From contig OZ336874.1 in assembly GCA_965287045.1 (NCBI GenBank), forward strand, positions 85,870,001-85,934,000: 64,000 bases of DNA, given 5' to 3'. The position numbers and the translations under genes were made by a program. The notes below the pieces were generated by a model. It did no database searches. It worked only from the letters and a program-made list of their open reading frames with translations, and was not told the DNA's origin. The stretch's first letter is position 1; the number at the start of each line of letters is the position of its first letter. This document shows positions 21,601 to 34,320 of the stretch, piece after piece. This DNA is from Carcharhinus amblyrhynchos. Lineage: Eukaryota.

Positions 21601-23451
21601 TATTTGGGTAACTGATTCTTATGAAAACAGATTTACACAGTATTCATTTCAACAGAAGTTACATGTTATAATTTCCCATGTTATTACACTGGCTGGAAGT
21701 TACAAATTACATTTAAATTAAACATTATAAACCTAGAGTTTTACAATTAATGGTATCTGTGGAATAGGACAGGATGTCATGTTCTGCCACTTCTGTTTCC
21801 AACATAGAACATGTATTATCATTCTTTACTGAATTTATAAACAAAATGAAGTGCCAATCTCATAATTACAGAGTTTGAACCTTATTAAAACAATTGAGGC
21901 ATGACTATCCATTATTCCATTATAGGGTGCTAACAGAAGCAATTCAATTTTCTAATGCATTTTAAACATTTTTAACTTTATACAAAATTCAAGATCTACA
22001 TTGCAGATGAATTTTGCGATTGTCCTTATAATCTTTTCTTGTTTTTCAATCTCTTTTTTTCCCTCACCCACACATAGACACAAACACACACACACTACAA
22101 GAATGTTATTGAATGTTTAATAGTATACAGCAAACTTTTAAGGTCCGGACTATACCGACATCCATCCTCACACACAAGTTATTCTGATAATTCTGGACAC
22201 CTCAACAAACACTTGAAATGCTACCAAACTGCCACTTCAGATGATTTATGATGTCATTAATGTCAAGCTATCAGTAGACGAGAGCAGAAGAGACAACAGG
22301 AAAGCTGAGTAAAAACAAATAGTTTTGATTAAATTCAAGGACATTCAGTACAGCTTTCAGCTAAAAGCATTCATCATCCAAAAGCATCCCCTGCTTTTAT
22401 CCCAAATGTACACTACAGTACTTCAATGTTTCTGAACAGCTGCTCCAACACTGAGTTCTTAAAGAAACAGAGTATGGTTGTTATTCCTGTGTCCTCTCCT
22501 AGCTCTGTAAGTGCATTTGTTCATCTCGTTAATGTGAACACCAGGCCATTTCTTCAAAGACTTTTCTTACCTGTCTTTCTTCATGATAAATGTATAAAGC
22601 ATACAGTTAAAGCCTTTTATGTTATGTATTGGAATGAAATATGCAAAACAGGCATGAGGTCCTGATGACAAAAAGGACAGAAGAAGTACACTGCATTCAG
22701 TATTGTACAAGTTACTGAAACATATTAATCGAAGCAAATAGCATAAGCTTTCAGAGTTTCGAGGACCTCTTTCTCAGATGATCCAAGCTATACCTTCTGA
22801 AGATGAAGTCATTGAATCTGAAAGGCAGTGTTATTTTTATTGTTCGAATGTGCAGAATATAATTTATTTCTTGGTGATCTGCTGCCAAAAAATCTCCTGT
22901 TATTACTCTCGTACCAGTCACATAATGCCACATATCTTCAGGTCCTATAGCCCTTATTTTCCTTCATTACTTTTTCATCTATCTCATGCTGACCTTACCA
23001 TGCGCAACCTGCTGCCTGGATAGTATGAAAATCAAAAGCAAATTTTTATTTTGTTACCAAATGTTATTAAATAATAACAAATGTTTGTCAGTTAGCTTAT
23101 TTATTCAATCTCAGGGTTTTCTCAATGTTTATAACGTCATCAGAATTTCTCAATTGAGTTACTGCTTTAGGACTTACTGTCGGACATAGGTTATTAAATA
23201 TTTTTGTGTAAGATCATTACATTATATACTGCAAATACATGCAGAAATCATGGGTTAGAGTTTGACCTGGACTTCTGCTGTTCAGTAAGCTTGATCAAAT
23301 CAGGCCAAAATGTCAACAGCTTTGGGTTGAATGGTGTACAAATGTATTTCCCCTTTCTGCTATTTTAATATTATGCCCATATACTTAAACAGGTTAATGA
23401 CTTTGCTAAAATAATAGAGAATAAAATTTCGGATCAGTCTTTTCTTTGAAA

Positions 23452-24500
23452 TTCATTTATGTGATTACATCACTAGCAGGCCACTTTTCTTCCACAATTG
23501 GCCTGGAGAAGGTGGTGAGCTGCTTCCTTGAACTTGCAGTCACTGAACCTCACAGTGTTATAAGGAAGTAAGTTCCAAGATTTTGACCCAGTGGCACTGA
23601 AGGTGATATATTTCCAAATCAGGATGGTGAGCAATTTGGAAGGGGCCTTCCAGGTGATGGTGTTGCCAGGTATTTGCTGCCCTTGTTCTTCCAGATGGTA
23701 GCAGTTGTGGTTTTTGAAGGTGCTGCCTAAGATGCTGCCTAGGTGAGTTCCTACAGTGCATTTTGTAGATGGTATACAGTGCTGTTACTGTGTGTTGCTG
23801 ATGGAGGGAGTGAATGATTGCAGATGGGGTTTTGATCAAGCGGGCTGCTTTGTCCTGATGATGTTGCACTCCAAGTGTTGTTGGAGCTGCACTTACCTGA
23901 GCAAGTGGAGAGTATTGCATCACACTTCTGACTTGTGTCTCGTAGATGGTGGACAGGCTTCAGAGAATCAGGGGATGAGTTTTTTACTGCAGGATTCCTA
24001 GCTTCTGACCTGCTTTTGTAGCAACAGTATTAATATGGCTAGACCAGTCCAGTTTCTGGTCAATGCTAACCCCCAGGTTATTGACATGGGGATTCAGTGA
24101 TGAGAATGTCATTGAATGTCAAGGAGCGATGGTTGGGTTCTCTCTTCTTGGAGATGGTCATTGCCAGGTGCTTCAGTGGCACGAGTATCACTTGTCACTT
24201 CTCAACCCAAGCCTGGATATTGTCCAGGTCTTGCTGTATTTGGATATGGACTGCTTCAGTATCTGAGGAATCGCAAATGTTGCTGAACATTGTGCAGTTG
24301 TCAGTGAACATCCCCACTTGTGACCTTATGATGGAAGGTAGGTCATTGATGAAGCAGCTAAAGGTGGTTGGACCTAGGACACTACCCTGACAAACTCCAG
24401 CAGTGAAGTCTAGGAACTGAAATAATTTGCCTCCAACCATGACAGCTATTTTACTTTGTGCTAGGTATGCTCATTAACTCCAGTTTTGCTTTGATTCCTT
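23452..24500 (-). mobile_element. Second CR1/L2-group LINE family ('family B'), RT and 3' end
   Basis: ORF 24195-24440 'QGSVLGPTTFSCFINDLPSIIRSQVGMFTDNC...QQDLDNIQAW'. Homologous to 58765-61790. Confidence 0.85.
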
Positions 24501-24504
24501 GAAC

Positions 24505-24910
24505 ACAAGAACATAAGAAATAGGAGCAGGAATAGGCCATCTAGCCATTCGAGCCTGCCCCACCATTCCATAAGATCATGGATGATCTGAAGTGGATCAG
24601 TTCCACTTTCCCGCTTTCTCCCCATAACCCTTAATTCCCTTGTCTATCAAAAACCTACCTACCCGTGACCTAAATATATTTAGCAAGGTAGCCTCCACCG
24701 CTTCAACAGGCAGAGAATTCCAGAGGTTCACCACCCTTTGAGTGAAGAAGTTCCTCCTCAACTCTGATCTAAACTGCACCCCCCCCCCTTATCTTGAGGC
24801 TGTGCCCTCTCGTCCTGCTATCCTTTCTTAGCAGGAAGAATCTCACTACCTCTACCCTATGCATCCCCTTCATTATCTTATATGTCTCTATAAGATCCCC
24901 CCTCATACTT
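24505..24910 (-). mobile_element. Young CR1 3' fragment, same subfamily as 10022
   Basis: 3' UTR and C-terminus nearly identical to 10022-10420. Confidence 0.9.
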
Positions 24911-25064
24911 GAGTCATACTCAGTCACATGCTGCCTTGATATCCAAGGCAATCACTCTCACCTCATTTTAACCATTTATTCCTCCATATTCTACATATAT
25001 TTTCAAGGTCTATGGGTTATCCGAGAGGACAGTGAGGCCTTCCTAAATATTCAATTATCAAACG

Positions 25065-25420
25065 CATTGTATAGTATGGTACTGAACATGCCAACCAAAA
25101 AACCTGGCTTGATCCCTGGTCTATGCTGAGTTAACCGATCACAGCTAAATTCACTGAATCTACTGCAAATTGCCTCAGTGTGTCTGTGTTAGGGAGTGAA
25201 AAAAAGCTAATATTCCTGCTCCATTTTACTGTTGGATAGTGCTACCAGAAAGTACATATGCGATTACTGGATGATTTCTTGGCTTTGCTGGCCCTCCCAC
25301 GCTATCAATTGTCTGCCAAAATTCACCACATATGCTCACATTTCTAAATTGGTTACTTGGCTAAGGTTCCAGACAGCTACTGATGCCCATGGCATAATAC
25401 CCCAATGGAAGCAGAGCTGT
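25065..25420 (+). mobile_element. Ancient tRNA-derived SINE-like repeat (related copy about 58350-58505, minus strand)
   Basis: B-box-like GCTTGATCCCTGG followed by a recognisable shared body. Heavily diverged. Confidence 0.4.
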
Positions 25421-25964
25421 CAACATTAGACAATGTTAAATGCAAGATTAGGGTCACAATTGGCTGTTCACACCAGTTGAATCTACTGGCCTTACCAACT
25501 GTGCACCCCCACTGCGGGTTCCCCAGTGATTTGGGGTGGAATTAACGGGATATCCCACTGATAGCAGCAGGGGCAGAAGACACACCACCAGCAAATGACA
25601 CACTGCCTCCTGCCGTGAGAAATATGTCATAGGGAGGTCAGGGAATTCCCCCACAATGTATCAAAAATGATACAAATTGCAAAGTAATTTAAACATAAGG
25701 AGGGTTGCCTGAAGAATGTTAAAGTTGATCATATTTTTAAAACAAAGTGAGTTAATCTCACTCTAAATGAATGTACTAAATCTGAATATGTGTCAGTAAA
25801 TTTCAGGAAATAAAAGACTAAGTGGTTTAAAAACTGAGGAAACATTTGTGCTGTTTAATAGAGAATTGAAATTTCAGTGCTTGAGGGTTTAGCCATATAC
25901 ATCTGATAGATTTGAACATTTTCTGTGGCAAATAGCATAGTTCTGTCAGCACAAATACGAACAT

Positions 25965-26370
25965 TGAACATAAGGATTAGGAACAGGAGCAGGCAATTCA
26001 GCCCCTCGAGCCTGCTCTACCATCCAATATGATCATGACTGACCTCTTCTTGGTCTCATTTTCACCTTCATGCCTGTTTGCCATTCCCTACATCTCACTA
26101 CTAATTAATAAACCTATCTCCTCCTCTTTAAATGTGTTCTTCTGTCCACTGCACTCTGGGATGGAGAATTCCATAGATTTGCCACCTTTGAGTGAAGTAA
26201 TTCCTCCTCATTTCTGTTTTAAACCTGCCACCTCCTTACCATGAAATTATTGCCTCTCATTCTAGAATCTCCAACAAGGGAAAACATCTGCTCTATGTCT
26301 ACCCTGTCGATCCCCTTTAGCATCTTATATGCCTCAATTTGACCTCCAAGTATCCCTCTAAACTCCAGCG
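25965..26370 (-). mobile_element. CR1 3' fragment
   Basis: GAACATAAG tail, stem-loop region and ORF2 C-terminus similarity. Confidence 0.75.
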
Positions 26371-26909
26371 AGTGCATACGTATATATTATCCATGCAGGT
26401 GTGCAACTATGGCATTTTATTTTGATCTTGGGGCCAATTAGCCAAATATTAAGAACTCTTCAACTGCTATGTGAAGTTTAGTTTTCAATTTTCTTGTGAC
26501 AGTATGTACATGAATTTGATGATAACATCCATGTTGTCGTCCTGAGGTGTACTTATCAAGTCTTCTAATTCTCAATGTCAAGAATTCCACCTTTCAAAGG
26601 CTCAGCTTCTCCCAAATGAAACCCTGCTTCAACATCAAACTCAGGCATTTTTAAAACATCTGAGACATGCCTTGTGCTCTTCACTTGACCCTTTGCAACT
26701 CATGAGCTGTCTTCACAACCATTAATGAATGCTTTTTGTAATGGACTTCTCACTGCCAAATAATTCCTGCTCATTATTTTGGGAAAATGGTAGGATGTGG
26801 ACTTTGGAACCTTAGGTTGATATTGGTGACTGTCTTGTTTTCCATTAGATACATTTGCATGCAAAGATCTTATCCTTGTTAAAATCTCCCTCCTTATAGT
26901 CTTTTCTAG

Positions 26910-27003
26910 GAAGAAAATTGTCCTCAGTTCTATTCCAATGCATCTTCCACCCAACAACAACAAGAATTCTGGAACACTTATGAAGACATTGGAAATACAC
27001 AAG
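26910..27003 (+). CDS. Candidate exon of an unidentified gene (EENCPQFYSNASSTQQQQEFWNTYEDIGNTQ)
   Basis: TCTTTTCTAG acceptor, AAG|GTAACA donor, phase 0 to 1, in frame with 27473-27659. Confidence 0.45.
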
Positions 27004-27105
27004 GTAACATTCAGCGATACTGCTCTCTAAGTCAGCAGTAAATTTGAATTGGCTTATGTGGATTATGTTGTCAGACCTGACTTTTGAATTATAAGGTGAT
27101 ATAAG

Positions 27106-27400
27106 GTGGCATCATGGCACAGTGGTTAGCACCAGGGACCCAGGTTCAATACCAACTTTGGGTCACTGTCAGTGTGGAGTTTGCACATTGTCCCGTGCGC
27201 ATGGATTTCCTTGGGTGTTCTGGTTTCCTCCCATTCTCCAAGGATGTGTGAGTTAGGTTGATTAGCCATGATAATTTTCCCCTCAGTGTCAGGAGGACCA
27301 CCAGGGTAAAAATATGGTTCTAGGAGTTAGGATCTGGCTGGGATTATGGTTGGTACAGACGTCATGGCCAAATGGCTTCCTTCTGCACTGTATGATTCTA
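27106..27400 (+). mobile_element. HE1-like V-SINE
   Basis: A-box TGGCACAGTGG, B-box GGTTCAA, V-domain GTGTGGAGTTTGCAC..., CR1-derived tail ending GATTCTAT. Confidence 0.85.
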
Positions 27401-27472
27401 TAACTCTATCACTCTCGGAATCTTACTGACAGGCCAAGGCAGCCTTTCCCCTGACCTCTGTATTACTTCCAG

Positions 27473-27659
27473 GATCTATAATTGCCCATGAACATGGTAG
27501 TACTGAGGTCTGGAACTGTAAGCATTGCAACAGTCTGAATGATACAAGAAATTTGCATCAAATGTATTTCCACAAGCGAGAAACTTCTGGGAAAAAATTA
27601 ATAGAGCACTCAAATTGTACTCCAATAGTAACCTCTGAGCTAAGCGATGGAGTCACATG
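27473..27659 (+). CDS. Candidate exon (GSIIAHEHGSTEVWNCKHCNSLN...SDGVTW)
   Basis: CCTGAC branch-like site, ACTTCCAG acceptor, 61 uninterrupted codons, TG|GTGAGT donor. Confidence 0.45.
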
Positions 27660-28014
27660 GTGAGTGTGGCACATAATAGAAGTGTGGAATATTCACAGCA
27701 CTCCAAAACCAAAGATATGCCCTCAATGACATTGAAACCACAAAGTGGACAATTTTAACTCAGAAGGATAGGCTGGTTGTGGTCAGCTAGAAGATTAAAG
27801 TGTTATAAATTTGAATTTGGATCACAACACATTTTCAACTGCCCACTTTTGATTTTAGTGGAGACAGGATCAGGGTAGATGACCAATTCACTTCCTGAAG
27901 ATGGGTTGTTGGCTTTAAATTTTATACTGATATTGCAAGCCTCATTTCTATGCATCATTTTGAATTTAACTCTCAGTGGATTTCCTGAACCTCTTAGCTG
28001 GCAACGAAATTTTT

Positions 28015-28327
28015 GGTGGCACAATGGCACAGTGGTTAGCACTGTTAGCTGCCTCACAACTCCAGGGACCTGGGTTCAATAATGGCCTCATCTGTGTGGA
28101 GTTTGCACATTCTCCCTGTGTCTGCGTGGGTTTCCTCCAGTGCTCCAGTTTCATCCCAAAGATGTACAGGTTAGGGTGATGGGCCATAGTAAATTGACCC
28201 AAGTTTCACGGAGATTAGCAGGGTAAATATGTGGGGTTACAGGAATAGGGCTTGGATGGGATTGTGGTCAGTGCAGACTCGATGGACCCAATGACCTCCT
28301 TCCGTACTGTAGGGATTCTATAATTCT
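28015..28327 (+). mobile_element. HE1-like V-SINE
   Basis: Same head, V-domain and tail as 27106. Confidence 0.85.
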
Positions 28328-28344
28328 AAACCTAGGCAAAGATG

Positions 28345-30885
28345 AACATGCAGAAGGGCTTCTTGAAAAGGTATGTAGAGAGTCCAACTAGGGAAGGGGC
28401 CATACTGGACCTGGTATTGGGAAGTGAGCCCGACCAGGTGATTGACGTTTCAGTAGGGGAGCAGTTCGGGAACAGTGACCACAATTCAGTAAGCCTTAAG
28501 GTACTGATGGATAAAGATAAGTGTAGCCCTCAAGTTAAGATGCTAAATTGGGGGAAGGCTAATTACAACAAAATTAGGCAGGAACTGAAGAATGTGGATT
28601 GGGGGCAGATGTTTGAGGGCAAATCAACATCTCGCATGTGGGAGGCTTTTAAGTGCAAGTTGATAGGGATTCAGGACCGCACATTCCTGTAAGGATGAAG
28701 GGTAAGCATGGCAATTTTTGGGAACCTTGGATAATGAGAGATATTGTGAGCCTAGTCAAAGAGAAAAAGGAAGCATTTGTCAAGGCTAAGAGGCTGGGGG
28801 ACACACAAAGCAAGTGTGGAATACAAGGAAAATAGAAAGAAACTTAAGCAAGGAGTAAGGAGGGCTAAAAGGGATCATGAAAAATCATTGGCCAGCAGTC
28901 TAAAGGAAAATCCCAAAGCTTTTTTTACATATATAAAGAGCAAGAGGGTAGTCAGGGAAAGAATTGGCCCACTCAGGGACAGGGGAGGGAATCTATGCTT
29001 GAAGCAAAGGAAATGGGTGAGGTATTAAATGAGTACTTTGTATCAGTATTCAGCAAAGTGAAGGACTCAGGGAATAATGAGTCTGGGAAAGTTTGAGTCA
29101 TGTTGAGATCAAAAAGGAGAAGATATTGGAGTTCTTAAGAAACATTAAGGTAGACAAGTCCCCAGGGCTTGATGGGATATACCTCAGAATACTGAGAGAG
29201 GCAAGACAGGAAATTGTTGGAGCCTTAAGAGAAACCTTTGTATCCTTACTGGCAGTCATGATGTGGAGGTGTTGGCGTTGGACTGGGGTAAAACACAAAG
29301 AAACCCCACAACACCAGTTTAAAGTCCAAACAGGTTTATTTGTAGTCAGGTGGCGAAGGGACAGGCTGTCCTGAAAGCTTGAGGCTTTTGCTACAAATAA
29401 ACCTGTTTGGACTTTAAACTGGTGTTGTGGGGTTTCTTTGTCCTTACTGACCACAGGGGAGGTCCCAGAGGATTGGAGAATAGCCAAAGTTGTTCCTTTG
29501 TTTAAGAAGGGTAGCAAGAATAATCCAGGTAATTACAGGCTGGTGAGCCTTATGTCAGTGGTAGTGAAATTATTGGAGAAGATTCTTCGAGGATTACTCT
29601 CGCTTGGAAATAAGTGGACATATTAGTGAGAGACAACATGGTTTTGTCAAGTGGAGGTCGTGCCTCACTAACTTGTTCAAGTTTTTTGAGAAAGTGACAA
29701 AGACAATTGATGAGGATAGGACAGTGGACGTTGTCTACATAGATTTCAGTAAGGCCTTTGACAATGTCCCTCATGACAGACTGGTGCAGAAGGTGAAGTC
29801 ATATGGGACCAGACATGAGCTGGCAAGGTGGATACAGAACTGGCTCGATCATAGAAGACAGCGGGTAGCAGTGGAAGGGTGCATTTCTGAATGGAGAGCT
29901 ATGATAAGTGGCATTCCTCAGGCATCAGTGCTGGGACCTTTGCTGTTTGTAATATACATATAAATGACTTGGAGGAAAATGTAACTGGTTTGATTACTAA
30001 GTTTGCGGATGATACAAAGGTTGGTGGATTTGCAGATAGCGATGAGGACCATCAGAGAATACAGCAGGATATAGATCGGTTGGAGACTTGGGCGGAGAGA
30101 TGGCAGATGGAGTTTAATCTGGAACTATGTGAAGTAATGCATTTTGGAAGGTCTAATACAGGTAGGATATATACAGTAAATGGCAGAGCTTAAGAGTTTT
30201 GATAGGCAAAGAGATCTAGGTGTACAGGTACCAGGTCATTGAAAATAGCAATGCAGGTGGAGAACGTAGTCAAGAAGGCATATGGCATGCTTGCCTTCAT
30301 TAGTCGGGGTATTGAGTTTAAAAATTGGCAAGTCATGTTGCAGCTTTATAGAACATTAGTTAGGCCACACTTCGAATATAGTGTTCAATTCTGGTCGCCA
30401 CACTACCAAAAGGATGTGGAGGCTTTGGAGAGGGTACAAAAAGATTTACCAGGATGTTGCCTGATAAAAAGATTTTACTATGAGGAGAGGTTGGAGAAAC
30501 TTGGTTTGTTCTCACTGGAACGATAGAAGTCTACAAGATTATAAAGGACAGACTGGACAGTCAGAAGCTTTTTCCCAGGGTGGAAGGGTCAATTACTAGG
30601 GGGCATCGATTTAAGGTGCAAGGGGCAAAATTTAAAGGAGATGTATGAGGCAGATTTTTTACACAGAGAGTGGTGGGTTCCAGGAACTCTCTGCTGGGGG
30701 AGATGGTGGAAATGGATACGGTAGTGACTTTTAAGGGGCATCTGGACAAATACATGAATAGGATGAGAATGGAGGAATATGGTCCCCGGAAGGGAAGGGG
30801 TTTTAATTCAGTCGGGCAGCATGGTTGGTGCAGGCTTTGAAGGCTGAAAGGCCTGTTCCTGCACTGTAATTTTCTTTGTTCTCTT
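28345..30885 (+). mobile_element. 5'-truncated CR1 LINE (end of APE, RT, 3' UTR)
   Basis: 'AILDLVLG..GNSDHN', 'QHGFVK..SCLTNL', 'KFADDTK', (TTCTTTG) tail. Frameshifted. Confidence 0.93.
29254..29441. mobile_element. Penelope-derived hairpin insertion with perfect 51-bp inverted arms
   Basis: 29295-29345 is the exact reverse complement of 29391-29441. Flanking duplication TCCTTACTGGC/TCCTTACTGAC. A related fragment lies at about 3620-3670. Confidence 0.75.
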
Positions 30886-30919
30886 TGATGTCAGATCTGA
30901 TCTGGGAGGTCTTTCAATC

Positions 30920-31290
30920 CAGTTGCTGGTTTTAAGGAGTGCCTTCAAAAGGAAGAATAAAGGGGTAGAGAGGTCTGGCCAGGAAATACCTGAGCTTGGG
31001 GTCTGGGCAGCAAAAGTACACAGTGAAGGGTATTCGAAATCAGAAATGCACCACAAGCCAGAATTTCAAGAGTGCAGAGATATTGGAGGGTTGTACGGCT
31101 GGAGGAAGTTACGGAGATAGGGATGGGTTAGGCTGGGGAGGAATTTGAAAACAAGAATGAGAATATTATATGAGAATTTTGAAATTCAATTGTGGTCAGA
31201 TTTGGGGACAGGTTAACAAGCATATGGCTGATGGGTGGACAGAATTTGACGTGGATTAAGATGTGGGCAGCAGAGATTTGGTTAATGATT
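30920..31290 (-). mobile_element. L2 3' fragment
   Basis: Similar to the L2 pieces at 17690 and 35420. Confidence 0.55.
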
Positions 31291-31787
31291 GGTAGGAAAT
31301 AAGCCAGAATTCATTTTTGTTAAATGATGTTAGTAAACTAGTATTCTGGCTTATGGGTAGATTGATAACAATTTTAAAACTTCACTATGAAGGTGCAAAA
31401 GTGAAATATGATTAATTGAGACATGGTATTAGCCTGGCTCTTGTTGCTGTGATAGATTTGATTTACAAGGCACTACTGGACAATTTGATGCCATTTATTT
31501 TTACATTTTTAGAAAAAAGGATGTGGTTTATAGTGAAAAATGTGTCTGAGAACATTTGTAATATTATCCTTGGAGAATAATAAACAGATACTTGGAACAT
31601 AAAATGTAGCATAGTTTACAGAAAATAATCCAAACATCTGTTTTAATGACATGGACCTTTAAGTGGATGAAAAGTACATGGGAAAACTTTGTTGATTCTG
31701 TAACTTTATAAAGTTTTATCAAAGAGCAGCCCGCTGCGGCACAGAGCAGCTTGCTGCTAATATAAACAATTTTCTCAATGTTTCTAG

Positions 31788-31875
31788 GCTGCAAGCCAAA
31801 TCCCAGGCTTCACTTACAAGCAAGAGGGTCAGGAGAAAAGCAAAAAAAAGAAATGACATGACAATAAAACTTTAA
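31788..31875 (+). CDS. Candidate terminal exon
   Basis: TTTTCTCAATGTTTCTAG acceptor. All three frames run 22-29 codons to a stop. AATAAA at 31863. Confidence 0.25.
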
Positions 31876-33794
31876 TGGACACTTACAGAAAAACTAACAA
31901 AAAAGACACTTAACTTGTGAAGTTCTAAAATGTTTAAGGCATGTTAGGTCATTTAATCCTCACTGGTTATTTTTAATCTTTTCCTTTCATTGACATACAT
32001 TTGATTTTGTGCATTAAGATGTAGGCGCCATTTTACTGGCTCCCCACTGTGGAATTTTATACTGAGTAGAAAAGTCACTCCAGAATCTGCTGACTTTATA
32101 AAATGCTGCCCCACAACAATGTTGCTCTAGGTGGGGTGGGGGATGGGGGCATTAACAGGTTGGGAGTGGGACTTACATTCCTCAGGGACAAGAAGTCCCG
32201 CTGTCGAAATCTCCCCACTGATCTGGCTGGCTGGCAGCTGAGTAGCCCCAGCAGCACCAGAACATAGTAGTAGTCATTGCCGGGACTATAAGGCAGTCCT
32301 GGGAAGATCATGGATGCCAGATAGGGCTTTTTGAACGGGAGGGATTGGGACTCCAAGCGTGTGTCTGCGTGTGCGCGTATGTTTGTGTGTGGGAGAGTCA
32401 AGTTCAAAATGCTGGCTGTGGGGAGGGGGGGTGGCACAAAGGGACTTTACCATCTTAGGGAGGGTGCCCTTGATAGGCAAAGGGGAACCCTCCCAAAAGA
32501 GGTACCCGCCCTTCCTTATTGCCTTTTACCCCCCACTTGGGAAAATAGCAGGCTGGCCATTTTCTTTCCACCTTCTCCCCTACCACTGTCTGGACTCTGT
32601 TCTGTTTCCACAGATGCTGTCAGGCCCGAGTTTCCTCAAGACTTTCTGTTTATGTTTCAGATTCCAGCATCTGCAGTATTTTGCCTCTATCGTATGAATT
32701 TTTTTTAGTGTGGATGGAAATGGTCTTAAAAGATGGATAAGGTCTATGGGACTATAAAGCTGCATGGTTATTTAAATCCCCTGCATTTTAAATAATAAAC
32801 AGCCTGCTGTGTCACTGATTTGAAAAAAATGGTGCTTTGAATTTCAATAACTGTTTATTGACACAATCCTAAGTGACATCATTACAGCATTTTTACTGCT
32901 TGACTGCTTCCATCACCGGGAGGCTGTAAGTTTTACTGACAGTGCTATGAGGTTAGTAAAGGATCGTTTGTCTTTGATGTGGAGTTCTGATACAAATGTT
33001 TGTTTTTATTAGGTGTGAAGTAATTGAGGCAATGTAAATTCATTGGTTCGACTTTTATCAATTAAGGTTTTTTTTTACATATAATGAAGTCTGTAATAGA
33101 TACTTAGAGTTTTATTGCATTTCAGCATAGCTCCTGAGATCTACCCATGGTGGACACTTGATGAGTTGGCATGGAGGGAGTAAGAGTGATGGATGAGGAG
33201 AATGGGGTGGTGTGAGTTGGCATAGGAGCCATGAGGAGTTGTGCAGATTAGTGAAAGAGCCTGTGTTGGCATAGAGAATATGGTGGGCCATTGGGGATAA
33301 GTGAGGGGCATGGGTTTGCATGACCTGACATGGATAAACATGGGGAGTGATTGGGGCAGTGGGTTGGTGCGGGCTCAAGGGACTAATATTCAATATAACA
33401 ACTGGGACAAGGTTCCAGAGAACCGTGGTGGGACTTCTAACCAGCCTGCCTCAACAATGGGAAGCATCTGTGTCTGAACTGCTTCCAGCACATACCCGCC
33501 ACCCTTGGAATGAAAATCCTATAATTTGGTGCACTTTTTCCCAAGGAGCATGTGGTGAGCTGGAAAATGTCCTGACTTGGCACACCATCATTGGGAGTGA
33601 AACTCCAGGCTACTGTTGAGTGGCTGGGTAAGGGTTAAAATCTGCTGAGTCCACTGGACTTTGAGAGAATTTTTGAAATGTAGGGTAATTTTTTTAAAGA
33701 GGTTTTGAGCAGGTGGAAACACCCCATTCACATTGACAAAACATAAGCATTTCTTGGCTGTGAGCTGAATTTCATTCATACTTGTAACTGGTGC

Positions 33795-34320
33795 CAAAAT
33801 GAAAATAAAACGTTGTGTGGCAGCTGGAAACCTGAAATTTAAAAGAACAGAAGAGCTCAGAAATACTCCACAGGACAGGCAGCTACTAGGGAAGAGAAAG
33901 GCTTAACTTTTCAGGTGGAAGACTTATTGTCAGAACTGGAAAAAGTTAGAGAGGTGATAGGTTTTGAACAAATACGGAGTGAAGAAAAATGAAGGTGAAA
34001 GAAATGAAGGATTTTTTATGATTGGGTGAAAGGCAGGGGTGAATAAATGACAAAAGAGGTGATATTGTGAGGTAAAATGGATGTTAACGGGACAAGCAAA
34101 GACACAAAAGCTGATCTAGAGGAGCTTTTACTAACAAGAGCAGAACTGTTTGAAATAAATTAGGAGCTGTGGTTATGATCTAAATGGTTGAACCTAAAAT
34201 GCTGGAAAAGGTTTATTTCAGAGGTGCGGTAGCTTCCATTAAGCTTCAGTGTAGAAGGCCAAGGACAGAAAGGTCAGGTTGTGAGGTCAGAAAAGTCTAT
34301 GATGGAAAATTAAATGACAG
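33795..34320 (-). mobile_element. Penelope-like 3' remnant with terminal repeat
   Basis: Terminal repeat (GCTGGAAACCTGAAAT...TTTTCAGGTGG...TCAGAACT) followed by C-terminus-like sequence as at 240-400. Confidence 0.55.

Noticed and set aside
27106-27160. tRNA genes at SINE heads (also 28015, 40610, 50283)
   Set aside because: Only A/B boxes are retained, no cloverleaf forms, and each is followed by a SINE body.
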